64,000 bases of DNA from an uncultured Methanoregulaceae archaeon (GCA_963705255.1 OY970061.1:32001-96000), one strand, 5' to 3'; positions 1 to 11,490 are shown, counted from the stretch's first letter. Notes: a model not told the origin generated them from the letters alone. Made by a program: numbers and translations.

Positions 1-1
1 C

Positions 2-889
2 CGGGACGGGGAAGTCCGCCAGTTTCTTGTCTCTGCCTCGCTCGGCGAAGGCAGCGCGGTGATATGTTCCGCTATCGACATTACCGACCGGCGGCTTGCC
101 GAGAAGGTTATCCAGAAAGCACGGTACGACCTGGAGCAGCGGGTTACTGAGCGGACCGAAGAGCTCCTGAAAGCCAACAGTATCCTCAAAGCCGAGATCC
201 AGGAGCGCAAACGTTTCGAAAATGCGATCCAGCTCGCCAACCGCAAGCTCAGTACCCTCTCCGCCATCACCCGTCACGATATTCTCAACCAGATCACGGC
301 AATCGTGATGTACCTGTCTCTTGCCGAAGATACGATCACGGATCCCGGCGCGATCGAATACCTCAGGAAGACCGAGTACATCATCCAGCTGATCCAGAAA
401 CAGATACGGTTTACCCGCGATTACCAGACTATCGGAGCACGTCCGCCCCGCTGGCAGAGCCTGCATGAGGTGGTCGGGCGTGCCATCCAGAACATTGACC
501 CTGGCCGTGTGAGGGTGGAAAAAGACCTCGGAATTGCAGAGATTTATTCGGACTACCTTTTCGCCAAGGTGTTCGTTAACCTTGTTGATAATTCCCTCCG
601 CCATGGAGGGAACGTCACGGTCTGCAGGTTCCTGTTCCAGGAGACGGGCTCCGGTGCAGAGATTGTGTACGAGGATAACGGCATCGGCATCCCGGCAGGC
701 GCGAAAGAGAAGATCTTCAGACGCGAATATTACCGGAACACCGGGTATGGGCTCTTCCTCGCGCAGGAGATCCTCAGCATCACGGGCATGACCATACGGG
801 AGAGCGGGGAACCGGAAAAAGGTGCCCGTTTCGTGATCCACGTCCCCAAAGAAGTATACCGTCTCGCAAAGGACGGAGATGACGCATGA
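2..889 (+). CDS. PAS/PAC sensor histidine kinase (5' partial)
   Basis: Frame is open from base 2. PAC end DITDR, H-box TRHDILN, N-box NLVDNS, DNGIGIP and TGYGLF G-boxes. Confidence 0.9.
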   Translation, partial: RDGEVRQFLVSASLGEGSAVICSAIDITDRRLAEKVIQKARYDLEQRVTERTEELLKANSILKAEIQERKRFENAIQLANRKLSTLSAITRHDILNQITAIVMYLSLAEDTITDPGAIEYLRKTEYIIQLIQKQIRFTRDYQTIGARPPRWQSLHEVVGRAIQNIDPGRVRVEKDLGIAEIYSDYLFAKVFVNLVDNSLRHGGNVTVCRFLFQETGSGAEIVYEDNGIGIPAGAKEKIFRREYYRNTGYGLFLAQEILSITGMTIRESGEPEKGARFVIHVPKEVYRLAKDGDDA

Positions 890-944
890 TCCCGTCCATG
901 TGGAAAAATTTCCCCGAAACGGGAGGTCTTGCCCGGGCCGGTGC

Positions 945-1709
945 TCAAATGCTCTTTTTAAGGCCGCTTGCATCCCGAAGGTAATGCCCGAACTCACCCT
1001 TCTGGAGGAGGTCACCGGAAAATACCGGGCCGTCTTTGCAGGTCCGGAGCCCCGAAGGATCGATGCAGCAGGACCCGCAGACTCCAACGCCGCATTTCAT
1101 GTACCGGTGGAGAGAGAATTCTGTTTTGTGGGCAATCCCTTTTTCCGCAACTTTTGCCAGAACTGCCCTCATCATGACCTCGGGACCGCAGACCGCGATC
1201 CGGTCGTACGCCCCGAGGTTGAGTTCGTCCATCAAGTCTGTCACAAAACCGTGGTGACCCTGGGAGCCGTCATCGGTTGCGATCAGGACGTCCGTGCACT
1301 CGTCCAGCTGGTCGAGGAAGAGAAGCTCGGACTCGGTCCGCGCCCCGAGCAGGAGCGTCATGATGCAATCGGCTCTCGCAAGGGGGAGGAGCGGGGCGGC
1401 CCCGACGCCCCCGGCAATTGCAAGAACTCTCTCACCTCTCGAAAACCCGTTCCCAAACGGGCCGCGGATGCCGATCGTGTTCCTGGGTTTGAGCCCGAAA
1501 AGGGCGGCCGTGGCATCGCCGACCTTCTGTACGGTGATGCTGTTTGGTGACGACAGGGCCATGGGAATTTCGTCAACACCGGGGACCCAGACCATGACGA
1601 ACTGCCCCGGTGAGAACGTGAACGTCCTGTCAAGGAAGAACGTGCGTACCTGCAGTGTCTCTTTTTTCACCCGGACAATTGCGACGGTCTCCGGTATTCC
1701 TTCATCCAT
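945..1709 (-). CDS. pyrK: Dihydroorotate dehydrogenase electron transfer subunit
   Basis: PGQFVMVW, RGPFGNGF, GGVGAAP, CGPEVMM and the 2Fe-2S motif CGVGVCGSC...C. ATG at 1709 overlaps the pyrD stop. Confidence 0.93.
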   Translation of the reverse strand: MDEGIPETVAIVRVKKETLQVRTFFLDRTFTFSPGQFVMVWVPGVDEIPMALSSPNSITVQKVGDATAALFGLKPRNTIGIRGPFGNGFSRGERVLAIAGGVGAAPLLPLARADCIMTLLLGARTESELLFLDQLDECTDVLIATDDGSQGHHGFVTDLMDELNLGAYDRIAVCGPEVMMRAVLAKVAEKGIAHKTEFSLHRYMKCGVGVCGSCCIDPSGLRTCKDGPVFSGDLLQKGEFGHYLRDASGLKKSI

Positions 1710-2589
1710 GGGCGCACCCCACGATCTTCCCGGGACTGACCCCGTCCTTTGCATAGAGATCCCCTGCGATTGTCTCAAATACCTTCACATCATCGATCAC
1801 TGCGCTCCCGATCTCCACGGCACATGCTCCCGCCATCATCATCTCGATGACATTGTCCGCGGTCGAGATCCCGCCGCAGCCGATGACCGGAATTTTCACC
1901 GCGTCATACAGCTGGTACACGCACCTGACTGCTATAGGAAAGATCGCTCTTCCGGAAAGGCCTCCGAACCTGTTGCCCAGCACAGGACGGCGCATACCCG
2001 TCGAAATCCGCATGGCTTTTACCGTGTTGATCGCCACGATCGCGCTGGCCCCGCCGGCTTCGGCTGCTTTTCCAATCGCAGTGATATCCGTCACGTTCGG
2101 GGTGAGTTTTACCCACGTCGGAACGCCGGTCCTGCTCACCGCCCGGGTGCAGGCTTTAACAAGTCCGGGGTCAGAACCGACCGCTGCCCCGTATCCTTCG
2201 GCATGGGGACACGAGAGGTTCAGTTCAAAGCCGGCTACTTTCCCGGAGAACCAGCCGGCTACTTCTGCAAATTCCTCCGGGCCCCCGCCAAAAATGCTTG
2301 CGATGACCGGCTTTTTTGCAAGCGGGGCGATTTCATCAACAAACTCTTTTGACGGGTTGGGAAGGCCCATTGCATTGAGGACCCCGCCATCCAGTACGAC
2401 AAGACACGGTCCGGCATGCCCTTCTTTCGGGCGGGGGCCGATTGACTTTGTCACGACGCCACCGGCTCCTGAAAGAAGCATCCGCGAGAGCGATGACCCG
2501 GTTGTACCTAACACCCCGGCAGCCAGCAGCAGGTGATTATTGAGGGCAACTCCTCCAACCGTGACCGGGCCTGGCCTGATCGATACCAT
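1702..2589 (-). CDS. pyrD: Dihydroorotate dehydrogenase family 1B catalytic subunit
   Basis: NAMGLPN, ELNLSCPH, VKLTPN, GGLSG and GCGGI motifs. Confidence 0.95.
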   Translation of the reverse strand: MVSIRPGPVTVGGVALNNHLLLAAGVLGTTGSSLSRMLLSGAGGVVTKSIGPRPKEGHAGPCLVVLDGGVLNAMGLPNPSKEFVDEIAPLAKKPVIASIFGGGPEEFAEVAGWFSGKVAGFELNLSCPHAEGYGAAVGSDPGLVKACTRAVSRTGVPTWVKLTPNVTDITAIGKAAEAGGASAIVAINTVKAMRISTGMRRPVLGNRFGGLSGRAIFPIAVRCVYQLYDAVKIPVIGCGGISTADNVIEMMMAGACAVEIGSAVIDDVKVFETIAGDLYAKDGVSPGKIVGCAHG

Positions 2590-2862
2590 TCATCAGGAAA
2601 TGGTCGTTATTTATTATAAAGAGCATCTTTTTTTAGGTGGATAAAATAACCCAGTGTTCGTTCCGGATTCTGTTGCATCTGCGGGACGTTTAAATAGTGA
2701 ATATTGATGGGTTACGACGATATCATTTCCATTAGGTCTCGTTAACGCAATAGCACCTTCATGAGAAAGAGTTAGATTGGTCAACGCGCGATTCAGATAC
2801 TTCTTATTCTTGAAGTTATACTTTAGATTGATTCAAAATTTTACGATAAAAAAGAGGTCAAA

Positions 2863-4041
2863 ATGTCAAATCAAGACATTCTCTATGAATTATGGATTAG
2901 TAAATACAAGCATTGTGATTCTATAACTCTTGGTCAAATAGAAGACTTTGCAATAGAGAACCGGCCCTCATTGAAATCATGGGATCGAAAAGTTATCCCA
3001 ACTTTCAGTGGCTTAAATTACGCAGTCTTGAAGTTTATCCTTGAATATTGTTCTCCAGTGAATTGGCCGGATGGATTATGGGACGAATTTCAGCAGGCAG
3101 CACATCCAAAAAAAAGTAAATATTTGATATGGCGAAAATACCCAACGCTTACAGTTAATATCAATAATGTAAAAAATACAAGGGTTTTGGAAAAATCATC
3201 AAGAACATCGATGATAACGTCAGATGCAACTATTCAAAAAACCGATAGTGTAGTATCTATTAAAGAGACTGACGATTTGCGCAGATTCACTGAATATATA
3301 GTAGCCAAAATTGACCTGATCGAATGCTCTGCTGGTACGGGTTGGACCGCACTTCTTTCAACATATCAATGGCCACCGGGTAAAGGGAGTTACGCTTCAG
3401 GAATTGAGATTCGGAGGCACTTCCATTTTCTTGTTAATGATGCATCTGAAGCAAAAGGGAAAGGAGCAAAGACATACCGCCAAGGAATATTCAACGCTAT
3501 TTCCGGATGGGCTGGAATTAAGGATAAATTTGGTGATGAAGATAGCAACCAAATTTTTTCAACTGTTAAATATCTAAAAAGGGTTTCAAGACAAAACGAA
3601 ATCGATATTAGCCAAATCTTTGATAGGAGAATTTCAACAACATCAAAGATTTACTACTTTAGTGATCCCTTGAACTGGACTATCTACGATTCTCGTGTAG
3701 CTTTTGCACTTTGCAACCTCGCCAATCTTTTCAAACACGATGATCTTGCAACATATTCACGTCTTGGTTCTATGATTCAGTTTCCAGTACCGAGAAACGA
3801 TCAAGAAAGAGAAAATCCTGATATTCCATGGAGTAATCGTTTAGCTGCAGCGTCGTTTGTCCGTGCGAGTTTCATTCTTCGAAACATAACAACAATTTTG
3901 AATGCGCGTCGGGTTTCACCACCTCAAATCGGGATCTTTTCATCCAATTCATGGGAATTATATCACGTGGAAATGGTGCTATTCATAATTGGGAAGGATT
4001 GTGGAATTATCACGAATAATACGACGAAAAGCGTTGAATAA
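2863..4041 (+). CDS. AT-rich hypothetical protein, C-terminal HhH-GPD/OGG-glycosylase-like motif
   Basis: 392-aa ORF with GAGGT RBS, visibly AT-rich. Motif TSKIYYF..P..WTIYDSRVAFAL. Confidence 0.7.
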   Translation: MSNQDILYELWISKYKHCDSITLGQIEDFAIENRPSLKSWDRKVIPTFSGLNYAVLKFILEYCSPVNWPDGLWDEFQQAAHPKKSKYLIWRKYPTLTVNINNVKNTRVLEKSSRTSMITSDATIQKTDSVVSIKETDDLRRFTEYIVAKIDLIECSAGTGWTALLSTYQWPPGKGSYASGIEIRRHFHFLVNDASEAKGKGAKTYRQGIFNAISGWAGIKDKFGDEDSNQIFSTVKYLKRVSRQNEIDISQIFDRRISTTSKIYYFSDPLNWTIYDSRVAFALCNLANLFKHDDLATYSRLGSMIQFPVPRNDQERENPDIPWSNRLAAASFVRASFILRNITTILNARRVSPPQIGIFSSNSWELYHVEMVLFIIGKDCGIITNNTTKSVE

Positions 4042-4130
4042 TGTCAACAGCTAACAAGTGAGAATTTTGCTGATTAATTCACCTGATTCGAGGCTTGTAT
4101 TTATTATTAGCATACCCATATTGGTACCAG

Positions 4131-4997
4131 ATGGCGCGCCTTGCAGTAGTGGGGGTCGGACGTGTCGGGGGCGAGGTTGCGTATCTTGCGGCGTCCCAGG
4201 GCATCGCGGACGAACTGGTCCTCTATGACAGCGCACCCGACATGCTGCAGGCGCAGGTGCTCGATATCAGGCACACCGGTATTGATGTCGCGATCGGCAC
4301 TGACATACAGGAGATACAGACTGCAGACGTCTGTGTTTTTTCCGCGGGACTTCCGAGGACCCCTTCGGTAAAGACCCGTGCTGATCTGCTTGCTGCCAAC
4401 ATACCGGCGACACGGGAATTTGCAGGAATGCTGAAGGGGTTTTCCGGCATCCTCATAACGGTTACCAACCCGATGGACATCAATAATTATTATCTCTGGA
4501 AGAAGACCGGCATGCCCCGGGAGCACTGCATCGGCTTTGGCGGCCAGCTCGACAGCGCCCGGTTCGGTATCGCGCTCCGCGAGAGGAAGATCGATGGTCT
4601 GCCATTTGTCCTTGGCGAACACGGAGAGCACCAGGTGCCGGCCTTTTCCCGGCTTGACCAGCCGGTTGAAGTTCCGGTCCGGGAAGAGATCCTATCAGGG
4701 CTCCGGGGCATCAGCATGGAAGTGATACGGGGCAAGGGAGGCAGCGTCTTCGGCCCGGCATTCCACATTGCCCGCCTCATCCGGATGATCGTGTCAGATA
4801 CCCGGGAACTGGCAGCATGCTCAGCGGTGCTGGAAGGCGAATATGGCGTGAGCGGTTGTTCCCTCGGCGTCCCGGTCCGGGTCGGCCGCGACGGTATCCT
4901 GGCGATCGAGGAATGGGAGCTGGATGCATGGGAATCCGGGAAGATGAACGAAGCCGGTACGTTTGCACGGAATCTCTGTGGACAGGTGGTCTCCTGA
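4131..4997 (+). CDS. mdh: Lactate/malate dehydrogenase family protein
   Basis: GVGRVG Rossmann motif, TRADLL, VTNPMD, LDSARF, GEHG. TGA overlaps the polB ATG. Confidence 0.85.
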   Translation: MARLAVVGVGRVGGEVAYLAASQGIADELVLYDSAPDMLQAQVLDIRHTGIDVAIGTDIQEIQTADVCVFSAGLPRTPSVKTRADLLAANIPATREFAGMLKGFSGILITVTNPMDINNYYLWKKTGMPREHCIGFGGQLDSARFGIALRERKIDGLPFVLGEHGEHQVPAFSRLDQPVEVPVREEILSGLRGISMEVIRGKGGSVFGPAFHIARLIRMIVSDTRELAACSAVLEGEYGVSGCSLGVPVRVGRDGILAIEEWELDAWESGKMNEAGTFARNLCGQVVS

Positions 4998-7466
4998 TGG
5001 CTTCGCAGGCACAGTCGCCGGATGCGTGCACCAGCGCCCCCTGCCCACCCGAAGCTTCTGACGGGCTGGTCCTTGCCATCAACCAGGTGGAATACAGCAA
5101 TGCACCGGGCGGTCCGCTGATCCACATCTTCGGGAGGGATGCAAAAGGAAGGGCAATCCGGGTTGAGGTCACCGGTTTCATGCCGTATTTTTATGTACCG
5201 GCCGATCAGGCCGAGACCGTTCCGCTTCCTTCGCAGGCCACGCTCGAGACGGGGACGCTCTACCGCTCGATCAGGGACGAACCGCTCCGCCGTCTCTATA
5301 CCCAGCGCCCGTCCGATGTCAGGGACGTGCGCGACCGCTACCGGCACTTCGAAGCCGACATCCCGTTTGCCACACGGTTCATGATCGATACCGGCCTGAC
5401 CGGAGGCGTATCGGTCTCCTCCGCCTCAGTTGACTATCACGATATCCGGCCTGCCGAGGTCGATGCTCCCGCACGCGTCTGCATGGTGGATATCGAATGC
5501 GAAGATGAACGCGGTTTTCCTGACCCCCAGCGGGACAAGATCATCTGCATCACCTGCTTCGACTCGTTTGACAATGACTATACCACGTTCCTTCTGTCCG
5601 GGGCCGGCCCGTCCCCGGATATCACCGCAAAGGAACGGGAAGGCGGGCTTGCCAACGGATGTTTCCGGAAAGGGACGCACACCATCTGCACGTATGCGGA
5701 TGAGACCGCCATGCTCCGGGCGTTTGCCGCTTATATCCTCGAACGTGATCCGGATGTCCTCTCCGGCTGGAACTTTGTCGAGTTCGACATGCCATATATC
5801 CGGGGAAGGATGGAGAAACTGGGACTGCGGCCGGATTCCCTTGCCCGCATCCCGGGACAGACTGAGCGCAACGCGCTGAGGGGGAGGGCACTCTTCGATC
5901 TCCTGACTGCATACAAGAAGATGCACTCCAATCTCAAGGAGTCATACCGGCTCGATGCAGTGGCCATGGATGAGCTGGGCGAGCAGAAGGTCCGTTATAC
6001 CGGCACGATTTCGGACCTCTGGAAGAAAGAACCGGCACTCCTTGTCGAGTACAACTTCAAGGATGTGGAACTCTGCGTAGCGATAAACAAAAAGGACAAT
6101 ATCATCGAGTTCTACCGGGAGATTGCCCGCTATGTCGGATGCCCGCTGGACAAGACCCTGAACTCCTCAAGTGTCATCGATGTATACGTTCTCAGGAAAG
6201 CCTACGGCCGGTATGTCCTGCCCTCCAAAGGGTTTGCAAATGCCGAAGAGTTCGAGGGCGCTACGGTGTTTGAGCCGAGCAAAGGGGTGAGGGAGAACGT
6301 GGTCGTGCTCGACCTCAAGTCGCTCTACCCCATGGCCATGATGACGATCAATGCCTCCCCGGAAACCAAAGACAAGGACGGGGAGCTCCGGGCTCCCAAC
6401 GGGATCCGGTTCCGGAAGCAGCCTGACGGGCTGACCCGGAGCATCATCGCCGATCTCCTGAAAGAGCGCGATGAGAAAAAACGCCTGCGCAATTCCTTTC
6501 CCTTCGGATCTCCCCAGTATATCGTCTATGACATGCAGCAGAATGTACTCAAGGTGATCATGAACACCTACTACGGCGTTTCGGGGTATACCCGGTTCCG
6601 CCTCTTCGACCGGGAGATCGGGTCAGCGGTTACGTCGGTCGGCAGGGCGATCATCGAACACACCCGGAGCGTGATCGAGGAGCAGGGATACAAGGTCATC
6701 TATGGCGATACGGATTCCTGCATGGTGCAGCTCCCGCCGCTTGGACGTGAACAGACGATCGAAGTGGCCCGCACCATAGAAAAACGCCTTAACGGGAGCT
6801 ATTCTGCCTTTGCGAAGAACGAACTCAACGCCGATACCCATTTCTTCTCCATCAAGTTCGAGAAGATCTATGCACGGTTTTTCCAGGCCGGCAAGAAGAA
6901 ACGCTACGCGGGCTCCCTTGTCTGGAAAGAGGGAAAAGACGTCAAAGAGACCGATATCGTGGGATTTGAAATAAAACGAAGCGACACCCCGCAGATTACG
7001 AAGATAGTGCAGATGAAGGTGATGGAGATGATCCTTGCAGGCGAGGACTACCAGGGGATCAAGAGTTATCTCTCTGACGTGATCAAAAAGTACCGGGCGG
7101 GAAAATACTCGCTGGATGAAGTCGGCATTCCCGGCGGGATCGGGAAGTCTCTCGACGATTATGACAACGATGATGCACAGGTCCGGGGCGCGAAGTACGC
7201 GAACGAGAACCTCCACACGGAGTTTGGTAAAGGCAGCAAGCCAAAGAGAGTCTACATCAGGACCGTGACGTCAAAATATCCCAAGACGGATGTGCTCTGT
7301 TTTGAGTATGCAGACCAGGTCCCGCCGGAATTTGTCGTGGACTGGGAACTGATGCTGGAAAAGACCATCAAGCAGCCAATCTCGAGGATCATCGAGGCAC
7401 TCGGATGGCAGTGGAACGATGTCGACCCCTCGCGGACAACGCTCGCCCAGTGGGGGTCTCGGGTAG
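4997..7466 (+). CDS. polB: DNA polymerase family B
   Basis: Exo motifs DIEC and GWNFVEFD; pol motifs DLKSLYP, KVIMNTYYG, YGDTDS. As sequenced it reads to 7585; removing one G from the run at ~7452 gives ..QWGLG* at 7466. No intein seen. Confidence 0.95.
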
Positions 7467-7730
7467 GATCCCGGTTTTTGCAACCTTCTGCTCCTACGTT
7501 GTGCCGGAGTACTGCATCCATTATCCTCCCCACCGGTTATTTTTTATCAGGCCCGGTACTGTCACCAATCCCCTGTAATTTATAAAATTCCTATACCCAA
7601 TCACTTTTTACGTTTGGAACCGGAATAGCTATCGTATTTATCAGATGTTCCGGGATTTGAAATTCACGTCAGAATAGCGCTGGTCGATGGCGGGAATGTT
7701 TTTATCGATGCAGAGAAAGGGGAGATACCG

Positions 7731-9089
7731 ATGACGAATGAGAAAGTATTTGTAGACCGGGAGGAGAGCCTGGTCGACCTCTGGCTCTTCATCATCGTCA
7801 ATACCACGGTTCTTGCATTAATGATCAACATCCTCAGCCTCCATTACGGTAACAACCCGGTCGCCCCCCATCTCCTGTACATCCCGGTTGTGATCGCAGC
7901 CTATTGGTACCCTCACCGGGGACTGCTCTTTGCCGGTCTGATCTCTGCAGTCTACCTTGGCATGGTCTGGTTCTTCTCCATGGGATCTCCTGAGTATTTC
8001 ACAGCGGCATTCATCATCTGTATTGTCCTGATCGGAGTTGCAGCTGTTGTGACCAACCTCTCTTCCCACATGCGCAGGAACGAAGTAAAGTACCGAAGCC
8101 TTTTCAACCATTCCGAATCGGGAATCGGGCTGATCGATCTCGCCACGCTGTCGATCCGGGAAGGAAACAAGCGTTTTGCCTCCATCCTCGGGTATGAGCA
8201 CACCGGACTTGCTCAAATCCCCTTTGCCGATCTCTGGATGGAGCCCGAATCAAAAGACCTCTTTCTCCAGGCACTCAGGAACCATGGCAGCGTTGAGAAC
8301 CTTGCGACACAATTCCACTCCAAGACGAGAGGTCCGCGCTGGGTCCTCATCTCTGCGGGAATACTGCCTGACAACCAGTTTGTTGTCACCCTCGTCGATA
8401 TTACCGACCGGAAATCTGCCGAAGAGGCACTGCTGATCAAGGACCATGCCATCAGTTCCTCCATCAACGCCATCGCGATCCTTGACCTTGACCTGAACAT
8501 CACGTATGTTAATCACTCACTTCTCCGGATGATGGAATACCCCAATGAAACGGAGATCATCAGGAAAAACACCCGGCACCTTATGGCCTCCCGCCAGGTG
8601 TTCGAGGAGATCCGGGACCAGTTGCCGGACAAGGGAACCTGGTTTGGGGAAGTCACCCTGCTGAAATACAACGGGAGCCCGTTTCATGTCCAGTTCTATG
8701 CCAACCTGGTACGGGATGAGGCGGGAAAGCCGGTCTGCGTGATGTTCTGGTTCATTGACATCACTGACAGGAAACAGATGGAAGTCGCAAAACGCACAGC
8801 GCTCGAACAGGTGGAGAAGAACATCGAGCAGTTTGCTATCCTTGGCGATCATATCCGCAACCCGCTCGCGGTGATTGTCGGTCTGTCAAGCCTGGCACCC
8901 GGTGATATCACTGACAAGATCATCCTGCAGGCCCGGGAGATCGACCGGATCATCACCCAGCTGGATATGGGCTGGATCGAGTCCGAGAAGGTCCGCGAAT
9001 TCATCAAGCGTTACTATATGGTAGGTACTGCGGAAGAAGCCGGGACAGCTGAGAGTTCCGGTGCGGCAGCGATCCCTGACAAAAAATAA
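7731..9089 (+). CDS. Membrane PAS-PAS sensor with HisKA-like helix, no HATPase domain
   Basis: About 4 TM helices (LYIPVVIAAYWYP), two PAS/PAC domains (DITDRK), C-terminal DHIRNPL. Confidence 0.85.
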   Translation: MTNEKVFVDREESLVDLWLFIIVNTTVLALMINILSLHYGNNPVAPHLLYIPVVIAAYWYPHRGLLFAGLISAVYLGMVWFFSMGSPEYFTAAFIICIVLIGVAAVVTNLSSHMRRNEVKYRSLFNHSESGIGLIDLATLSIREGNKRFASILGYEHTGLAQIPFADLWMEPESKDLFLQALRNHGSVENLATQFHSKTRGPRWVLISAGILPDNQFVVTLVDITDRKSAEEALLIKDHAISSSINAIAILDLDLNITYVNHSLLRMMEYPNETEIIRKNTRHLMASRQVFEEIRDQLPDKGTWFGEVTLLKYNGSPFHVQFYANLVRDEAGKPVCVMFWFIDITDRKQMEVAKRTALEQVEKNIEQFAILGDHIRNPLAVIVGLSSLAPGDITDKIILQAREIDRIITQLDMGWIESEKVREFIKRYYMVGTAEEAGTAESSGAAAIPDKK

Positions 9090-9141
9090 CCGGCCAACCT
9101 TGTTACCCGGCCGGTTTAAAAACCCTGCCCCGCGTTTCCGG

Positions 9142-11097
9142 TCATCGCCCTGTATGGTGCCGGGCCGCCTCGCTCATCCGCTCATTCAGTTTCCTGACCT
9201 GGTCCCGAAGGGCAATTGCCCGCTCGAAGTCAAGATTCTCCGCAGCGTCCCGCATCTGCTTTTCGAGTTCGATGACCACGTTCGGGATCTCCTTTCTTGG
9301 CACGTGCCGGGTATCCCTGATATCGACTTCTTTTTCCTTGACTGGTTTGACGATGGTCTGCGGGATGATGTTGTGCTCTCTGTTGAAGGCGACCTGCAGG
9401 TCCCGGCGGCGCTTCGTCTCGGCGATCGCGCGTTTCATCGAATCGGTCATCGTATCAGCGTACAGCACGACGTTCGCATTCACGTTCCGGGCTGCCCTGC
9501 CGATGATCTGGATCAGGCTCCGGGCATCGCGGAGAAACCCTTCCTTGTCGGCATCCAGGATACCGATAAACCCGACTTCGGGGATGTCAAGTCCCTCCCT
9601 CAACAGGTTGATCCCTACCAGCACGTCGAATTTCCCGAGACGGAGCTCGCGGATGATCTCGCTGCGCTCGAGGGTCTGGATCTCCGAGTGAAGGTAGCGG
9701 GTCCTGATCCCCTGCTCCGCAAGGAACTCAGACAGTTCCTCTGCGAGTTTCTTGGTGAGCGTGGTGATGAGGACGCGGTCTCCCCGCTCAACGGTTGCCC
9801 GGACTTCCCGTATCACGTCCCCGGTCTGACCCTCGATAGGACGTACCTCCACACCCGGGTCCACAAGACCTGTCGGGCGGATAATCTGCTCGACGAGCCT
9901 CGAGGATTTTTTCAGTTCATAGTCACCCGGGGTTGCGGACACGAAGACAACGTTTCCCATGTACTGCTCAAACTCATGGAACCTCAGGGGGCGGTTGTCG
10001 TACGCACTCGGGAGCCGGAAACCGTAATCCACGAGTGCTTTTTTCCGCGAGCGGTCGCCGTTGTACATGCCGTGCAGCTGCGGGATCATCTGGTGGCTCT
10101 CATCGATGATCATCAGGAAGTCGTCCGGGAAGTAGTCGAGCAGGCAGTAGGGTTTCTCGCCCGCTTTCCTGCCATCGAAATGCCGGGAATAGTTCTCGAT
10201 CCCCTTGCAGGAGCCGGTCTCCTCGATCATCTCGATATCGAACCGGGTCCGCTGCTCGAGCCGGTGGGCTTCGATCATGCCGAGCGTGGGAAGTACTTCG
10301 TCGAGTTCCTTCCGGATCGATTCTATCGCCGTTCTGCGGGTGCTCTCCGGGGTGACAAAGTGCCGGGCGGGGTAGACATAGAAATACTTCATCTCCTCTT
10401 TTTTTGCTCCGGTATTCTTGTCCACCTCCCGGATGCGCTCGATCTCCTCGCCGAAGAGCTCGACCCGGATGATGTCGTTGAAGTAGCCGGGTACGATGTC
10501 GATGGTGTCCCCTTTGACCCTGAACCGCCCCGGGGCCAGATCGATATCGTTCCGCTCGAACTGGATATCGAGGAGCCGGCTCAGGATCCCGCTGCGGCCA
10601 ATCTTCTGGCCGACAGCGAGTTCGAACCCCATGTTCCGGAAATTTTCCGGGTTGCCAAGGCCGTAGATGCAGGAGACCGAGGCGACCACGATCACGTCGC
10701 GGCGGTAGGAGAGCGAAGCAGTGGCGGAGAGCCGGAGCATCTCGATCTTGGGATTGATGGCAGAGTCTTTCTCGATGTACTGGTCCTTTGCCGGTATGTA
10801 GGACTCCGGCTGGTAGTAATCATAGTAGGAGACGAAGTACTCGACACGGTTGTGGGGGAAAAAGTCGCAGAACTCCTGGTAGAGCTGGGCCGCAAGCGTC
10901 TTGTTGTGGGCGAGGACGAGCGTTGGCTTGTCCGCTGCTACGATCACGTTTGCCATGGTGAACGTCTTGCCGGAGCCGGTGACACCAAGAAGAGTCTGGC
11001 ACTGCTCGCCCGAATTGAGTCCTTCGGTTAACTGCCGTATTGCTTCCGGTTGTGAACCGGCCGGTGCAAACGGGGAGGTGAGCTGGAATCCTGTCAC
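9142..11097 (-). CDS. uvrB: Excinuclease ABC subunit B
   Basis: GVTGSGKT, YYDYYQPE, DESH, GRAARN and C-terminal UVR domain. GTG start at 11097 inferred. Confidence 0.97.
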   Translation of the reverse strand: MTGFQLTSPFAPAGSQPEAIRQLTEGLNSGEQCQTLLGVTGSGKTFTMANVIVAADKPTLVLAHNKTLAAQLYQEFCDFFPHNRVEYFVSYYDYYQPESYIPAKDQYIEKDSAINPKIEMLRLSATASLSYRRDVIVVASVSCIYGLGNPENFRNMGFELAVGQKIGRSGILSRLLDIQFERNDIDLAPGRFRVKGDTIDIVPGYFNDIIRVELFGEEIERIREVDKNTGAKKEEMKYFYVYPARHFVTPESTRRTAIESIRKELDEVLPTLGMIEAHRLEQRTRFDIEMIEETGSCKGIENYSRHFDGRKAGEKPYCLLDYFPDDFLMIIDESHQMIPQLHGMYNGDRSRKKALVDYGFRLPSAYDNRPLRFHEFEQYMGNVVFVSATPGDYELKKSSRLVEQIIRPTGLVDPGVEVRPIEGQTGDVIREVRATVERGDRVLITTLTKKLAEELSEFLAEQGIRTRYLHSEIQTLERSEIIRELRLGKFDVLVGINLLREGLDIPEVGFIGILDADKEGFLRDARSLIQIIGRAARNVNANVVLYADTMTDSMKRAIAETKRRRDLQVAFNREHNIIPQTIVKPVKEKEVDIRDTRHVPRKEIPNVVIELEKQMRDAAENLDFERAIALRDQVRKLNERMSEAARHHTGR

Positions 11098-11295
11098 GGT
11101 TCTTAGGATCTCGGGTTTTGATATTAAAAGGGATCGGGATATGGCATGAAGGCGAAAGGGAGGGGGCTGCCAGATTGGTGACAAGGAAATGTGCCGGAAT
11201 TGCAGCGCGGGGATGCCCAATGCGCATTATACTGCAGAATATGTTCTCATCATTATGCACACACGGCATACGGCAGCACGAAAAATAAAAGAGGA

Positions 11296-11490
11296 TTATT
11301 TCTTTGAGATAAGTGTGTGTTTATCTTCATCGACTTTGTAGGATTTCGGACGGTCAAGGAGATCAAGCGCGTTGATCTTCATGTCGATAAGCTCGGAATA
11401 ATTAAACGACTCGTACTCCTTTTCGCCCTTCTCATCCCAGAAAACGACAATCCCGTTCTCCATCTTCTTGCTGCTGACAATATCGTGCAT
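11296..11490 (-). CDS. Small hypothetical protein
   Basis: 64-aa protein-like ORF (MHDIVSSKKMENG...) filling the intergenic gap. Confidence 0.65.
   Translation of the reverse strand: MHDIVSSKKMENGIVVFWDEKGEKEYESFNYSELIDMKINALDLLDRPKSYKVDEDKHTLISKK

Noticed and set aside
9061-11031. Long antisense ORFs (e.g. 9061-11031, 11940-13280, 61778-63625)
   Set aside because: Shadows of uvrB, rbcL and carAB in GC-rich DNA, with no motifs.
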